Assembly: GCA_963667175.2 (NCBI GenBank)
Contig: CAXXXF010000011.1
Location: forward strand, 1 to 64,000
Origin: Candidatus Latescibacterota bacterium
Lineage (GTDB): Bacteria; Latescibacterota; UBA2968; GCA-2709665
DNA: 64,000 bases
Reading direction: 5' to 3'
The stretch's first letter is position 1; each line of letters opens with the position of its first letter. The position numbers and the translations under genes were made by a program. Shown in pieces: positions 10,242 to 21,170 of the stretch. The notes beneath the pieces were generated by a model, which worked only from the letters and a program-made list of their open reading frames with translations, was not told the DNA's origin and ran no database searches.

Positions 10242-11525
10242 CTAATGTTGATGACCCTTCGACCCGGCCGCCCCTTGATGCCCGCCCATTGTCGCCAGCG
10301 CCGCCTTCAGATTGCTCTCCGAGTCGATCAGGAACTGCGACGAAACGACGATCCGCTCGTCTCCCCGCAGCCCATGGGTCACCTCGTAGACGTCGCCTGT
10401 TTCGACGCCGAGCGTCACCTCGCGCGGCGCGAAGCGACCCTCACCCAGATCCAGGATCACCACGTTCCGTTCCCCGGACCGGATCACCGCCTGAGAGGGC
10501 ACGACCACGGCCTCCTTTGCCACCTCCGACCGGATCCTTACCGTGGCAAACATCTCCGGCTTCAGGTCCAGTTCCGGATTGTCGAATGCCATCCGGACTT
10601 TTGCGGTGCGGGTCTTCGATTCCAGGAATGGATAGACGTAGGTCACCACTCCATTGAAAACATGCCCCGGCGCGTAGGACAGTTCGACCTCGGCCGCCTG
10701 CCCCTTCTCGATCCAGGGCAGTTCGTATTCGTAGATATCGGCAACTACCCAGACCCGGGAAAGATCGGCGATGCGATAGAGATGCTCTCCGGCCCTGATA
10801 TATGCCCCGTCGAATACCGCTCGATGCACCACCACGCCCTCCTGGGGAGAGTGGATGGTCATCGTACGCTTTGTCTGCCGCGTCCTTTGCAGTTCGGCAA
10901 TCTGATCTTCCATAATATCCCAGTAAATCAGGCGTTGCCTGGCCGCGCCCAGGAGCGCCTGTGCGCCCTTCAGGGCTTCCGCCGAAGCACTCCGTTCGAG
11001 GCGTCGAACATAGTCCAGCGCCGTCAGATACTCTTCCTGCGCGGCGACCAGTTCGGGACTGTAGATCTGCAGCAGCGGCTGGCCCTTCTTCACCTCCTGC
11101 CCGGTGAAATCGACGAACAGTCCCTCCACCCATCCGGTCACCTTCGTGTTGACGTCCGTCATCCGGGTCTCGTCGTAATCGACGCGGCCCATGGCGCGAA
11201 CGGTCCGGCTCAAAGCCCGCCGTTCCACGTCCGCGGTCCTGACGCCCATATTCTGAACCGTCGACGGATTGATCCTGACCTCGGAAACCGCTTCACCGTG
11301 GCCGCCTTCGTGCCCCGACCGTCCCGGCTGATCCGGAACCAGGTCCATTCCGCAGACGGGACAGCCCGCCGGTCTGTCCGACACGACCGTGGGGTGCATC
11401 GGGCACCGGTAGACGTCCGGTCCGGTATCGTGAGACTCCGACGCCTCCTCCCCGCCCAGCCAGATTCCAGCCGCAAATCCAACGCCCAGGGCCAGAATTA
11501 CCACGACGATCGTCTTTGGATTCAT
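10242..11525 (-). CDS. cusB: CusB-like RND periplasmic adaptor with heavy-metal-binding domain
   Basis: YRCPMHP..CPVCGMDL, YSPELVAAQEE, FLIDSES. Confidence 0.92.
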   Translation of the reverse strand: MNPKTIVVVILALGVGFAAGIWLGGEEASESHDTGPDVYRCPMHPTVVSDRPAGCPVCGMDLVPDQPGRSGHEGGHGEAVSEVRINPSTVQNMGVRTADVERRALSRTVRAMGRVDYDETRMTDVNTKVTGWVEGLFVDFTGQEVKKGQPLLQIYSPELVAAQEEYLTALDYVRRLERSASAEALKGAQALLGAARQRLIYWDIMEDQIAELQRTRQTKRTMTIHSPQEGVVVHRAVFDGAYIRAGEHLYRIADLSRVWVVADIYEYELPWIEKGQAAEVELSYAPGHVFNGVVTYVYPFLESKTRTAKVRMAFDNPELDLKPEMFATVRIRSEVAKEAVVVPSQAVIRSGERNVVILDLGEGRFAPREVTLGVETGDVYEVTHGLRGDERIVVSSQFLIDSESNLKAALATMGGHQGAAGSKGHQH

Positions 11526-11575
11526 GACGCGACCTCTCTCATTCGCCGTGCGCGCGCACGGTCTCCAAACGGTTT

Positions 11576-12838
11576 TTAGTGCAGGCGTTTCCCCACGACC
11601 GACTCGAGTTCAGCCAGTTTCTTCTCGCGCTGGATCACATGCCGGTAGTATTCGATCTCAAAATCGAAGAGGGAAACCTGGTTGTTCAGCAGGGTCAGGA
11701 AATCCACCCTGTCCACCTGGTATGAGGCCATCGCGGATTCCAGCGACTGCTGCGCCTGGGGAAGAATTGCGGTGCGATACAGTTCCGCCTCCTTCCAGTG
11801 CTGTTCGATTTCCAGGCAGATCCGCTCGACCAGAAACTCTATCTCCCGCCTTGCGTCCTTTTTGCGCGCGCGTCCCATTCGAACGTGGGCCTGTGCCTCG
11901 GCAACCCTGGAATCCCTTTTTCTTCCATTGAAGACGGGAAGGTTCAACCCCACGCCGAACGACAGAAAGTCGCTTCCCTTTACCGGGTCTGAACCCGTAG
12001 CTTCGCGTTGCAAATATCCGAGGTGAAACGTCAGGTCCGGCCATCCCGATCGCCGCGCAACCTGTTCGGTCGCCGCCCAGCCGGATATTGCCTGTTCGAT
12101 TTCTTTCAGCAGCGGGCGGTGCGCAAGTGCATGTCGCTGTAGCTCCTGTACCGAATGCTCGAACGGCGACGGCTTCACCCGTCGGGGTGCGTTCACGGAT
12201 GTCTGCGGGGGCCTGTCGAGCACCCGGTTGAGCCGCGCCATCGCAAGCAGCCGCCCGGATTCCAACCTGATGAGGCGGTCTCTCAACGCCGACAGCGACA
12301 CATGCGCCTTCAGGACGTCCTGCTGCAGCCCGCTGCCCACCTCGTATTTTTTCTGCGCGATCCGGATCAGGTCTTCGAGCAGGCTCCGGTTCTTTTCTGT
12401 CACCTCGATAGCCCGGTCGTAGAACGCCAGCGCGAAGTATTCCTGCTTCACCAGATTGACAATTGAGACCTTCCGGTCCGAGAGCACTTCCCTGGCCGCG
12501 CCTGCGGCGTATTCCGCCGCCCGCTGCCTGGCGCGAAGCACGCCGGGAAGGGGAAATCGCTGGCTGACGGACGCCTGTTTTCCGGACATCGGCGTACTGT
12601 CGAAATCCAGACTGCCGGTGGGGACGTTTTTCAGATCCAGGCGCAGCATCGGGTCTTCCAGAGCGCCCGCCCGGGGAACCCTGGCCTCAAATGCCGCGAG
12701 CCGATGCTCCAGAACCTTCAACCCGGTATTGTTCGCCAGCGCCGTGTCGATCAACCCCTCCAGGTCGGGCGGACCGGCCCCGGCGATACCGGGATACAGC
12801 GCCAGGCACAGGACAACGAGAATCAGGAATCCCTTCAA
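11576..12838 (-). CDS. TolC/CusC family outer-membrane efflux protein
   Basis: Signal peptide, OEP repeats, directly upstream of cusB/cusA. Confidence 0.9.
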   Translation of the reverse strand: MKGFLILVVLCLALYPGIAGAGPPDLEGLIDTALANNTGLKVLEHRLAAFEARVPRAGALEDPMLRLDLKNVPTGSLDFDSTPMSGKQASVSQRFPLPGVLRARQRAAEYAAGAAREVLSDRKVSIVNLVKQEYFALAFYDRAIEVTEKNRSLLEDLIRIAQKKYEVGSGLQQDVLKAHVSLSALRDRLIRLESGRLLAMARLNRVLDRPPQTSVNAPRRVKPSPFEHSVQELQRHALAHRPLLKEIEQAISGWAATEQVARRSGWPDLTFHLGYLQREATGSDPVKGSDFLSFGVGLNLPVFNGRKRDSRVAEAQAHVRMGRARKKDARREIEFLVERICLEIEQHWKEAELYRTAILPQAQQSLESAMASYQVDRVDFLTLLNNQVSLFDFEIEYYRHVIQREKKLAELESVVGKRLH

Positions 12839-12989
12839 GACACGTCACCTCCCTGACAGAAAGACGTGGAAACACAACTATGGATACCAGAGACGAAGCC
12901 AAGGGACTCGCCTCTGCCAATGGCCGTTCGGACAGAAAAAAGAGAGGTCAAACCTGCGTTGCCGCGGAGGTCGCGGGCAGGGCGGGAGA

Positions 12990-13352
12990 TCAGATCAGAA
13001 ACGACGCATTCATCACGTACAGAGGGGGCAATACAGGGGCGGAAACCGCGGACGACGCACACCCATCGCAACGGCCCGAAGAAAGAATCTCGTGCGTGCC
13101 GGTCGATTGTAATGCGGCATGGACGTCGGCGCCCTGGATTCTCGGACTCACGGCCGCCAGGGCCGGCGGCAGCTGGACGGGCTGGTCGGTGACGCTGGCA
13201 TCGTTCCCGGCGCAGCAGCAGTTCGACCCGGCCGGCTGGACGTGGCAGGCCTCGGCCTGAACCGGCATCACGCACAGACACTGAACGGCGGCAAGAACGA
13301 AGCCTATGGCCAGACATGAGATGGAGAGGGTGCGAATCACGGCTTGCCTCAC
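12990..13352 (-). CDS. Small Cys-rich exported/membrane protein at head of the cus operon
   Basis: Hydrophobic N-terminus, CH/CCC/CxxC, C-terminal PPLYVMNASFLI typical of such leader genes. Confidence 0.55.
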   Translation of the reverse strand: MRQAVIRTLSISCLAIGFVLAAVQCLCVMPVQAEACHVQPAGSNCCCAGNDASVTDQPVQLPPALAAVSPRIQGADVHAALQSTGTHEILSSGRCDGCASSAVSAPVLPPLYVMNASFLI

Positions 13353-13370
13353 ACAAGGGCTTGCGTGTCG

Positions 13371-13401
13371 AGATTAACGGTACTTCATATACGTTTGTCA
13401 A
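13371..13401 (-). promoter_or_regulatory. Sigma70 promoter with 19-bp spacer (MerR/CueR-type)
   Basis: TTGACA-N19-TAATCT on minus strand upstream of the metal efflux operon. Confidence 0.55.
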
Positions 13402-13573
13402 GCCCGGTTGTTCAATAAAAGTGGGTACCGGGACTGTGCGCCGTCCGGGCGACCCCGCATTTCCGGCCCGCCAGACGGACACATTACCGCCGATTCCAGG
13501 AAGTGGCGGCGCCCGCGCTGCGCATGATCGGCGCCGCTTCGGCCGGTATCCTGGGCGAAGACCACGCGCAAGA

Positions 13574-14773
13574 CTATCCGGCCCGCTGGAATCGATCCCA
13601 GGCCTCGCCCGCCGCGGCCGCCTGGCGTTCCAGCTCGCCGCGCCAGCCCACGACCTCTCCGCCCTTGATCCTCGCGATGTCATACCCGGCGTATCGATCT
13701 TCGAGCGTATCGCCGAGCTTCTGCGTTTCGGCCCAGCGGTCCCACCCAGTCTTCATCCATTCGTAGGGCAAGGCTTCCCGTACGGCCGGATCGAGCTGCC
13801 ATGCGCTTCGCACGTCGGCTACCGCGGGTTCACCCGTAAATGGCCCGGACCACCGGGACCATCCGATGGATAGCGTGTTCCGTTCCCTGTCGGGGACGGT
13901 GTGGCCCGTGTGGACGTTGGAGCCGATTCGGATGAGGGCTTCACCGGCCCGGAGCCGGACCGCAACCTGGCCGGGCAACGGGTCTGTGCCGTTCCAGCTG
14001 GGTGTGTACGGCACTCCCTTTTCCTTCATGGCTTTCGGGAGGAGCACGTCATGCTCGAAGGGCGTACGCCACCGATCGTGGCTGCCGGGTATCAGCTCGT
14101 GGCACTCGTCGTCGACCAGCGCCAGGAACATGCTTACGCCGTTCCGCTCAACAATCGACCTGGCGTTGTTCTCGCGAATCTCCTTCCAGCGTATCCGCTC
14201 AACCTCCTCCGAATACGCTTCGGGTCCCTCGCCCCGGATCTCGCGTTGCGCGAAGTAGGGTTTTCCGGTTCCCCACCACGTCACGTCACGGTGCCAGCCG
14301 AGGGCGTGTTCCGCCTTGCGCGGGTTGCACCACAACAGCAGCCCCCCGTACGTAACCTCCTCGGGCCCGAGCCCGTCGCACCAGGAGCCCACGAAGTCCA
14401 GAAAGTCGTTCGAGCCGTGAAATTCCGCGAAACAAGGCTCATTGAACGCGGGATGAACCAGACCGCGAATCGCCCACGGTTCGTCCGCGCCCGTCCGGTG
14501 GACGTAACCCCGGGAACAGTCGATCCTGTCATAGCCGTTTTCCGGTGCGCAGGCTTCGGTAACGCGGCGGCCGGCTTCACGGAGCACCGGAATCCAGGGA
14601 TTGCCGACAAAGTCGTTGATGATGACGAAACCGTGCTCCTTCAGATGGGCCAGCCGCTCGGGCGTGGCGCCCGGCGCCGAGAGTTCCGGATTTGCGTCGG
14701 CGAAGGCGGGCGCCCTGTAGGCGGATTCCGCCTGCGCATCCGCTCCCGCAGCGGATGAGTTGTCGGTTTTCAT
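13574..14773 (-). CDS. Phytanoyl-CoA dioxygenase (PhyH)-like Fe(II)/2OG protein
   Basis: HGFVII, WHRD, LIPGSH, distal His (NVHTG). Confidence 0.75.
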   Translation of the reverse strand: MKTDNSSAAGADAQAESAYRAPAFADANPELSAPGATPERLAHLKEHGFVIINDFVGNPWIPVLREAGRRVTEACAPENGYDRIDCSRGYVHRTGADEPWAIRGLVHPAFNEPCFAEFHGSNDFLDFVGSWCDGLGPEEVTYGGLLLWCNPRKAEHALGWHRDVTWWGTGKPYFAQREIRGEGPEAYSEEVERIRWKEIRENNARSIVERNGVSMFLALVDDECHELIPGSHDRWRTPFEHDVLLPKAMKEKGVPYTPSWNGTDPLPGQVAVRLRAGEALIRIGSNVHTGHTVPDRERNTLSIGWSRWSGPFTGEPAVADVRSAWQLDPAVREALPYEWMKTGWDRWAETQKLGDTLEDRYAGYDIARIKGGEVVGWRGELERQAAAAGEAWDRFQRAG

Positions 14774-15109
14774 TTCATCTCCTCTCAGGATCAGGATTCA
14801 CAGGATTCTTTCGCCAATGGTCAATCTCAATATACGGTAAATCCCTCCAGTAGCTTTGTCAATAGCAATATCAAAGGAACCGTTGCGGTACGGCGCTGAA
14901 AGTCAGCATTCGAAATCCGGTCGACGGAATACAAAATTCTCGCCCATCACGTGAATTGTCCGTATATTTGAACCTTAGGATCGTGGCATCCTGCAAACAC
15001 AACGCCTTCCATCCTCACCCCTCCGCCTGATTACGCGTCCGGCCGGAAACGACTTCAGCCCGATTGACGATCCAGGGGTTCGGGGTGCCTTCTGCTCGAG
15101 GAACCGGAT

Positions 15110-17029
15110 GTGAACCGGATCGCTTCAGCGTGCTGTATTGCCTGGCTAGTCCTGGTTGCTCATCCCGCAGCCGCACAATCTCCCCTTTCCCCCACCGGCC
15201 GTGCCGAAGCCGAAACCCGGTTTGAAAAAGCGCTTGACGACTACGCCGACGGCCGCTATCGCGCGGCGAAACGGGCTTTCCAGGCGTTGGCCGTGGACGA
15301 CCCCTCGAGCCCGCGCGCGTCGGCCGCCCGGCTGATGCTGGCCAAATCGCAGTACAAACTCAAAGAGTACAGCCTGGCTGTGGCTACGGCGGCCGGACTC
15401 CACGCAACCTTCCCGCGCAGCAGATATCTTCCGGACGCAGACCTCGTCGTCGGCGACTGCAAGCTCAAGCTGGGACAGGTCTACAGAGCCGCAACCCGGT
15501 ACGCGCGCGTGGTGTCGGGACGTGGCGACGTCCGTCTGAAGGCCAGGGCGGCGGATCGACTGGGACAACTTGCGGGAACCGGAAAAATCAACGCTGGCGA
15601 CGTCGACCGTCTGAAGAGCGACTTCGGGACCGGCGTCATCGCGGAGGCCGTCGCGTTCGGCCGGGCGCGCTGGCCGTCGAGACTCGCCGGGGTCGAACCG
15701 TCCGGTCAGGCCATGACCGGCTTTCTGGCCCGGTATCCCAACGGTATTTTTGCGACGCTGGTACGGGAGGAATATGCGGGGCCGGAGCGCCCTGAGCCGG
15801 CCCGGTCCGGCGGACAGCAGACGCCTGAAGCCGGCATTGTCGAAACGCCGGACGATGCGCGATACACAATCGGCGTGATCGCGCCGCTTGCGAGCCCCCC
15901 GGGAAAGGATATGGTCGACGGCGTCCTGCTTGCCAGAGAGCTGCATCAGCTCAAGACCGGAGAGCACGTCGCGCTGGTTTTCAAAGATTCGGAAGGCAGT
16001 CCGGTACGTACGATCAAGGCCGCTCAAAGCCTCATCGAAGAACACGGTGTGATTGCAATTATCGGCGCACTGACAAGCGCAGAAACCCTTCCGATCGCCG
16101 CGCTGGCCGGGCCCTACGAAATCCCGCTGATTGCGCCAACGGCCTCAGAGGATGGCCTTGCGACCCTGAATCCCTATGTCTTTCAGATCAACGCCACGCC
16201 GGGGGCGCAGGGCCGCCGCATTGCCGACCACGCGGTTGGAGATCTGGGGTTGCGCACGCTGGCGACGCTCGCGTCCCGGGACTCCTACGGAGAACGAATC
16301 GTGAAAGAGTTTACGGCCCGTGCCGAGGAATCGGGTTCGGACGTCATCGTTCAGACGTGGTACGAACCCGGCACAACCGACTACAAGGGCCAACTGGAAC
16401 GAATCAGAGACGCCGGCCTGGCGCTGCACCCACCTGCAATCCTGGCCGCTGAAGCAGACTCACTGCTTCTGGGGGACATCCGCCTGGCGGCGGCGCCGAA
16501 TGTCGTCGATCCCGATACGGTGGAACCGGCGCCGGTACATACGCTGGACGGCCTGCTCATTGCCGGGGGAAAGGACGACGTCCTGCTGATCGCGCCCCAG
16601 GTCGCCTTCCACCAGATCCACTCGCGACTGCTGGGCAGCGACGGATGGAATCACCACGAAGTCGCGAGAGATTCCTATACGGACAGCGCGGTTTTTGTCG
16701 CCAAATACTTCACTCGCAGCCACCTGTTGTCCGTGCGCGAGTTCCTGGGCGCGTTCAGGGAACGGTTCAACCGGGATCAGAGCATTGCGTCGGCCCTGGG
16801 ATACGACGCGATGAAGGCCGTTCTGACCGCCATCGACAGCGGCGGAACGTCTCCGCGGCGACTTCAGAACGCGCTCGAGAATCTCGGCGAGATACCCGGC
16901 GCTACCGGGAAGATTTCCTTCAGCAGAGGCAATCGCGAGAACGCCTGGATGTATCTGCTGACCATCCGCAAGCGAAAGATCCAGCTTCTCTCCATCGGCC
17001 GGTCGGACAAAACCGTGCCAGAGCCCTGA
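15110..17029 (+). CDS. TPR + periplasmic binding protein type 1 domain protein (LpoA-like)
   Basis: Signal peptide, BamD/TPR-like N-terminus, IGVIAPL..IIGAL..ALGYDA..GATG PBP1 motifs. Confidence 0.75.
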   Translation: MNRIASACCIAWLVLVAHPAAAQSPLSPTGRAEAETRFEKALDDYADGRYRAAKRAFQALAVDDPSSPRASAARLMLAKSQYKLKEYSLAVATAAGLHATFPRSRYLPDADLVVGDCKLKLGQVYRAATRYARVVSGRGDVRLKARAADRLGQLAGTGKINAGDVDRLKSDFGTGVIAEAVAFGRARWPSRLAGVEPSGQAMTGFLARYPNGIFATLVREEYAGPERPEPARSGGQQTPEAGIVETPDDARYTIGVIAPLASPPGKDMVDGVLLARELHQLKTGEHVALVFKDSEGSPVRTIKAAQSLIEEHGVIAIIGALTSAETLPIAALAGPYEIPLIAPTASEDGLATLNPYVFQINATPGAQGRRIADHAVGDLGLRTLATLASRDSYGERIVKEFTARAEESGSDVIVQTWYEPGTTDYKGQLERIRDAGLALHPPAILAAEADSLLLGDIRLAAAPNVVDPDTVEPAPVHTLDGLLIAGGKDDVLLIAPQVAFHQIHSRLLGSDGWNHHEVARDSYTDSAVFVAKYFTRSHLLSVREFLGAFRERFNRDQSIASALGYDAMKAVLTAIDSGGTSPRRLQNALENLGEIPGATGKISFSRGNRENAWMYLLTIRKRKIQLLSIGRSDKTVPEP

Positions 17030-17173
17030 TCGCCGTCACCCGAAAAATTCCTCGTCGCAACGCCATTGGCTCCCCGCTGGCATCTCTATTGCACTGGATA
17101 CGGCAAGCGACCGCCGAACGCATCGTCGGCCGCGGATAAATCGCCTGTTGCCAATCATTCGTGCACAATAGCC

Positions 17174-19006
17174 ATGCCAGGGGGGACGTTCGTGCTGATC
17201 GATTTCTTTCAATTCGGCGGGGCCAGACCGAATCTGACGTTCATCACGCTGGCCGTCTGCATGCTGTCCGCTGGCGCGCCACGTGCGCAGGAATCCCTCA
17301 GTCCTGAAACCGCGGAAACGTACCTGACCGTCTTACGAGACCTGGAAGGCCGGGTCATCGACGTCAACAAGGCGAACGCGGAGGACCTGACGGCGCTGCC
17401 CTGGATCTCGCCGGAGGCGGCGCGAGGGGTGGTCGCCCATCGAAGGCGGTTCGGGCCCTTTCGCCGCCTCGACGATCTTCTCAGGGTACCCGGCGTCACG
17501 TCAGAGATCCTTGCGGCCGTCCGTCCCTACCTGTCGGTATCTTCCCGGCGCGGTCCCCGCGTCCGGACGTCGCTCCGGTTCACACGACCTTCCAACCGTC
17601 CCACCGCCTGGACCAATCTGAGGGTCTACCAGCGGACCGTGATCTCGGCATGGCGCGTGGAAGGGGTTCTGCTCACGGAACGCGATCCCCTGGAACGACG
17701 GCTCGCGGACTTTCTCACCGGGTACGTGCGTGTCGCGGCCATACCGGGCGTGCAGCGGATGCTCGTCGGCGCCTTTCGACCCGGATACGGGCAGGGACTC
17801 CTTTTCAGCCGACACAACCGATCCGCGACCGGCCTCGAGTGGGCCCGGCCGGTCAGCACGCGAAGCGTGGGATATCGCTCCTCGACCGAAGACGGCGCGC
17901 TTCGGGGCGTGTTTGCGGAGGGCCGGGCCGGCCGCGTCACGTGGACGGCCATGGGTACCCGGAACAGGTGGGATGCCGCCATCGACAGCGCGGGCGTCGC
18001 GACAATCCGCACAGCCGACCTGCACGTCACGCAAACCGAACGGGAACGCAGGGGCAGATTGCGGGAATACCTGGCGGCCCTTCGCTCCCACGTCGAACTG
18101 CCGGTGGGCAGGATCGGCGCCACCCTCGTGCGAACCACGTTCTCACCCTCGCTTCAGCACGTTCGACGCAGGCATTCCGCGGGGTTGGATTGGAACCTGC
18201 GCGGGAGCGGGCTGGACGTTTTCGGCGAGATCGCCGCTTCGGAAAGAAACGCCGTCGCCTGGCTGACGGGCGCGCGCGCAGGCTTCGACCGCCTCCGGCT
18301 TGTAATCCTCGCCCGCAGGTACCCGGCCGGATTCTCAAGCCTGCGCGGTCGCCCGTTCTCCGCGTACAGCGGCAGAAACGAGTGGGGTCTGTTCGCCGGC
18401 GCCGTATGGCGGCCTGACCGGCGGACACGGTTCCAGGCCACGCTGGACCGGCACGGCCGCGTTGCGCCCGAGGGAAAGGACGCGCTGCCGGGACGGGGAG
18501 AGCGATTCTCGTTCGACTTGAAGCGTCGCCTGAAATACGCGACCCTTCAGCTCACGATGGGCACGCGTCACCAGACCGTGACGACGTCAGGCATTACAGG
18601 CGTGCGGGTCCGGAGACGCGCCCGCCTTCGCGTCGCCATCCCGCGGTCGCGTCCACGCCTCAATCTCTGGTTGGAGGGCGCGGGCGCGCGATCCCCAATC
18701 CGCGAGAGCGGCGGCCGGGCGGCGGGCATGAACCTCCGGATCCAGCGTGGGACCAGACTCCGGGCCGACGCATGGCTGGCTCTGTTCGACGTAACCCACT
18801 TCGATTCCCGCATCTATACGTTCGAGCCCGACGTATGGGGAGGCAGCCGCATGCAACTCCTGTCGGGCAGAGGCCGATCGGCCGGAATCCGGCTTACTTA
18901 CGCCGGATCGCGTGCCCGCGTTTCCGTGCGCTACGCCGTAAAGGACACCCGGAACGGCGCCTCAAACACCTGGGCATCCCAGATCGAATTCGGAACCAGG
19001 AAATAG
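17174..19006 (+). CDS. Helix-hairpin-helix (ComEA-like) protein with C-terminal beta-barrel-like region; start uncertain
   Basis: IDVNKANAEDLTALPWI..GPFRRLDDLLRVPGV; YGQGL motif as in Bacteroidota homologues. Confidence 0.75.
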   Translation: MPGGTFVLIDFFQFGGARPNLTFITLAVCMLSAGAPRAQESLSPETAETYLTVLRDLEGRVIDVNKANAEDLTALPWISPEAARGVVAHRRRFGPFRRLDDLLRVPGVTSEILAAVRPYLSVSSRRGPRVRTSLRFTRPSNRPTAWTNLRVYQRTVISAWRVEGVLLTERDPLERRLADFLTGYVRVAAIPGVQRMLVGAFRPGYGQGLLFSRHNRSATGLEWARPVSTRSVGYRSSTEDGALRGVFAEGRAGRVTWTAMGTRNRWDAAIDSAGVATIRTADLHVTQTERERRGRLREYLAALRSHVELPVGRIGATLVRTTFSPSLQHVRRRHSAGLDWNLRGSGLDVFGEIAASERNAVAWLTGARAGFDRLRLVILARRYPAGFSSLRGRPFSAYSGRNEWGLFAGAVWRPDRRTRFQATLDRHGRVAPEGKDALPGRGERFSFDLKRRLKYATLQLTMGTRHQTVTTSGITGVRVRRRARLRVAIPRSRPRLNLWLEGAGARSPIRESGGRAAGMNLRIQRGTRLRADAWLALFDVTHFDSRIYTFEPDVWGGSRMQLLSGRGRSAGIRLTYAGSRARVSVRYAVKDTRNGASNTWASQIEFGTRK

Positions 19007-19302
19007 GCCTCGTAAACGCGGGAAATGTGCCAATAACCAGATCGCAGGGACAGGATTGAAACCTGCCCTGCGCAAAAAAGCGGCAATTCATGACACAATT
19101 GGAACGGCCTGGCCGCCCTGATTTCGGAGAGCTATTCCCGGTTGGAACGCGTGCGGTATTTTTCCCTTTCTGTAGTCCAGATAATTAGGTATTATGCCCA
19201 TCCAGCGGTCGAAACGGGCACTCAGCACCTGGAACCCATTGCCGGCAGCGACTTTTGTCCGCCCGCCGGCAATTTCGCTTTCATCGAAACGGTCAGCGGG
19301 AC

Positions 19303-20343
19303 ATGGCAAAGAAAAGACGAATGCGATTCTGGTTGTTCGGGACCGCACTGTGCGGGGCGGTTCTGTCCGGATGCGGCCCCCGGCTGCCCGAATCGGTAGG
19401 GCCGGCGCAGGAGATACTGGTGCTGGTCGATCCGTCCGACAGGAAGCGCCTGGAACCGCACCTGAAGGACGTATTTGAAAAAGTCCTCTATACTCCCCAG
19501 GAAGAAAAGATATTCCGGCTGCAGTTCGAAAATGTGGCCAATATCGACCGGTTCGAGAACAAGAGGCGCAAGAACATCCTGGTTATCGCCGAACTTGACG
19601 CTCCCCACGCCACCGGGGGATTCCTGAGAAGTATTCTGAGTCCCAACGTGCAAGACGCGGTGCGCAGGAACCGGTCCGGCGTATTCTGGAAGGATGACGT
19701 ATGGGCAAAAGAGCAGCTTCTCATGGCGGTGTCAGGCACGGATAGCGCCGCCCTGGCGGACAACATCCGGATGGAGGCGGACCGGCTCTACCAGCGGATC
19801 GAAGACGCCCGAAACGAGCGGATTCGACGGTTGATCTATCGATACGGCGAACGAACGGACGTCTCCGAGCGCCTTGGACGGGAATTCGGCTGGCAGGTGC
19901 GCGTGGCCTTCGGATACCGCATCCTGGAGGCCGACCCCGACAGCGGATTCGTGGTATTGACCAAAGAGGAACCCAACAGGTGGCTGTTCGTCTACTGGGA
20001 GGACGGCATTTCTCCCGACGATCTCTCGGAAGAGTGGTGCATTCGAAAACGGAACGACATTACGCGGAGGTTTTTCGATCAGGACCGGATCGTTGACGAT
20101 CACCTGCAGATCGGCCAGCACGAGTTCGGAGGAAGACTGGCGTTTGTTCTGCAAGGCCTCTGGGAAAACAAGAGAAAATGGGCCGGGGGCCCATTCAAGA
20201 GTTACGCGTTCGTGGACGTGGAAACCAACCGGTTTTTCTACATCGACTGCGGGGTATATTCACCAAACAAGCGGAAGGAACCCTATCTTCGCCAGATCGA
20301 CCTTATGGCAAGGACCTTCGCCCAGGTGGAGTCGACACCCTGA
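19303..20343 (+). CDS. DUF4837 family lipoprotein
   Basis: Lipobox LSGC, PQEE..F, DVWAKEQ, GLWE..GGPF..Y..P..KR motifs. Confidence 0.75.
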   Translation: MAKKRRMRFWLFGTALCGAVLSGCGPRLPESVGPAQEILVLVDPSDRKRLEPHLKDVFEKVLYTPQEEKIFRLQFENVANIDRFENKRRKNILVIAELDAPHATGGFLRSILSPNVQDAVRRNRSGVFWKDDVWAKEQLLMAVSGTDSAALADNIRMEADRLYQRIEDARNERIRRLIYRYGERTDVSERLGREFGWQVRVAFGYRILEADPDSGFVVLTKEEPNRWLFVYWEDGISPDDLSEEWCIRKRNDITRRFFDQDRIVDDHLQIGQHEFGGRLAFVLQGLWENKRKWAGGPFKSYAFVDVETNRFFYIDCGVYSPNKRKEPYLRQIDLMARTFAQVESTP

Positions 20344-20474
20344 ACCTTGCGTTTCGCTCGCGAAGAGGGTATAATTTGGATTGTTAATCGTCCAATGAAA
20401 CGGCACGACGCCAGCGGAGCAGGGGATCGATGGGCAGGCAGAATCGGTTTTCGGGTCTGGGAAAACGCGCGCGG

Positions 20475-21140
20475 ATGAGCTTTCGCGGCACCCTGTTTGC
20501 CGGGATCGCGCTCCTGGTGCCCGTAGCGGTCACCTTTATGGTCCTGCAGATCGTCTTTCAGTGGATTGACGGCCTTGCCCAGCCCCTGGTCAAACGCATA
20601 TTCCAGACTGAAAACGACGTCTTCGGTCTGGGCCTGGTCCTGACGCTCATTCTGATCTGGCTTGCCGGTTTGCTGGCCGGCAACGTCTTCGGCAGACGCG
20701 TCATCGGCAAAGGAGACGATCTGATCAGGCGGCTTCCGGTTATCGGAAGCATCTACGGCCCGGTGAAACAGTTTATGGAATCGGTCGTCTCGCCTGAAGA
20801 AGACCGGGGATTCCATCGGGTCGTTCTCGCTGAATATCCCACCGAAGGACTCTGGATTCTGGGTTTCGCCACCGGCGATATTCCAATGGACGAGAAAGGA
20901 CGGACGGGTTGTTGTGTCTTTATTCCAACCTCGCCCAATCCCGCTACGGGCTGGACCGTCGTGTTTCCGCCGGAAAAGGTGCGGAACGTCTCCCTCACCG
21001 TGGAAGAAGCCATGCAGATGATCGTCTCGGCGGGGGTCGTCATTCCCGATGCGCTGAAATCGTCGCCATCAGATAAGCCGCCAGGTCCCCTTGCGAACCT
21101 CCCGCCGGTTGCAGACCCTTCCGACAAGGACTGTACGTAG
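20475..21140 (+). CDS. DUF502 family membrane protein
   Basis: RLPVIGSIY..KQ, VLAEYP, VFIPTSPNPATG. Confidence 0.88.
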   Translation: MSFRGTLFAGIALLVPVAVTFMVLQIVFQWIDGLAQPLVKRIFQTENDVFGLGLVLTLILIWLAGLLAGNVFGRRVIGKGDDLIRRLPVIGSIYGPVKQFMESVVSPEEDRGFHRVVLAEYPTEGLWILGFATGDIPMDEKGRTGCCVFIPTSPNPATGWTVVFPPEKVRNVSLTVEEAMQMIVSAGVVIPDALKSSPSDKPPGPLANLPPVADPSDKDCT

Positions 21141-21170
21141 ATACCCGGCGCCCGGATCCCCACGGGTTCA

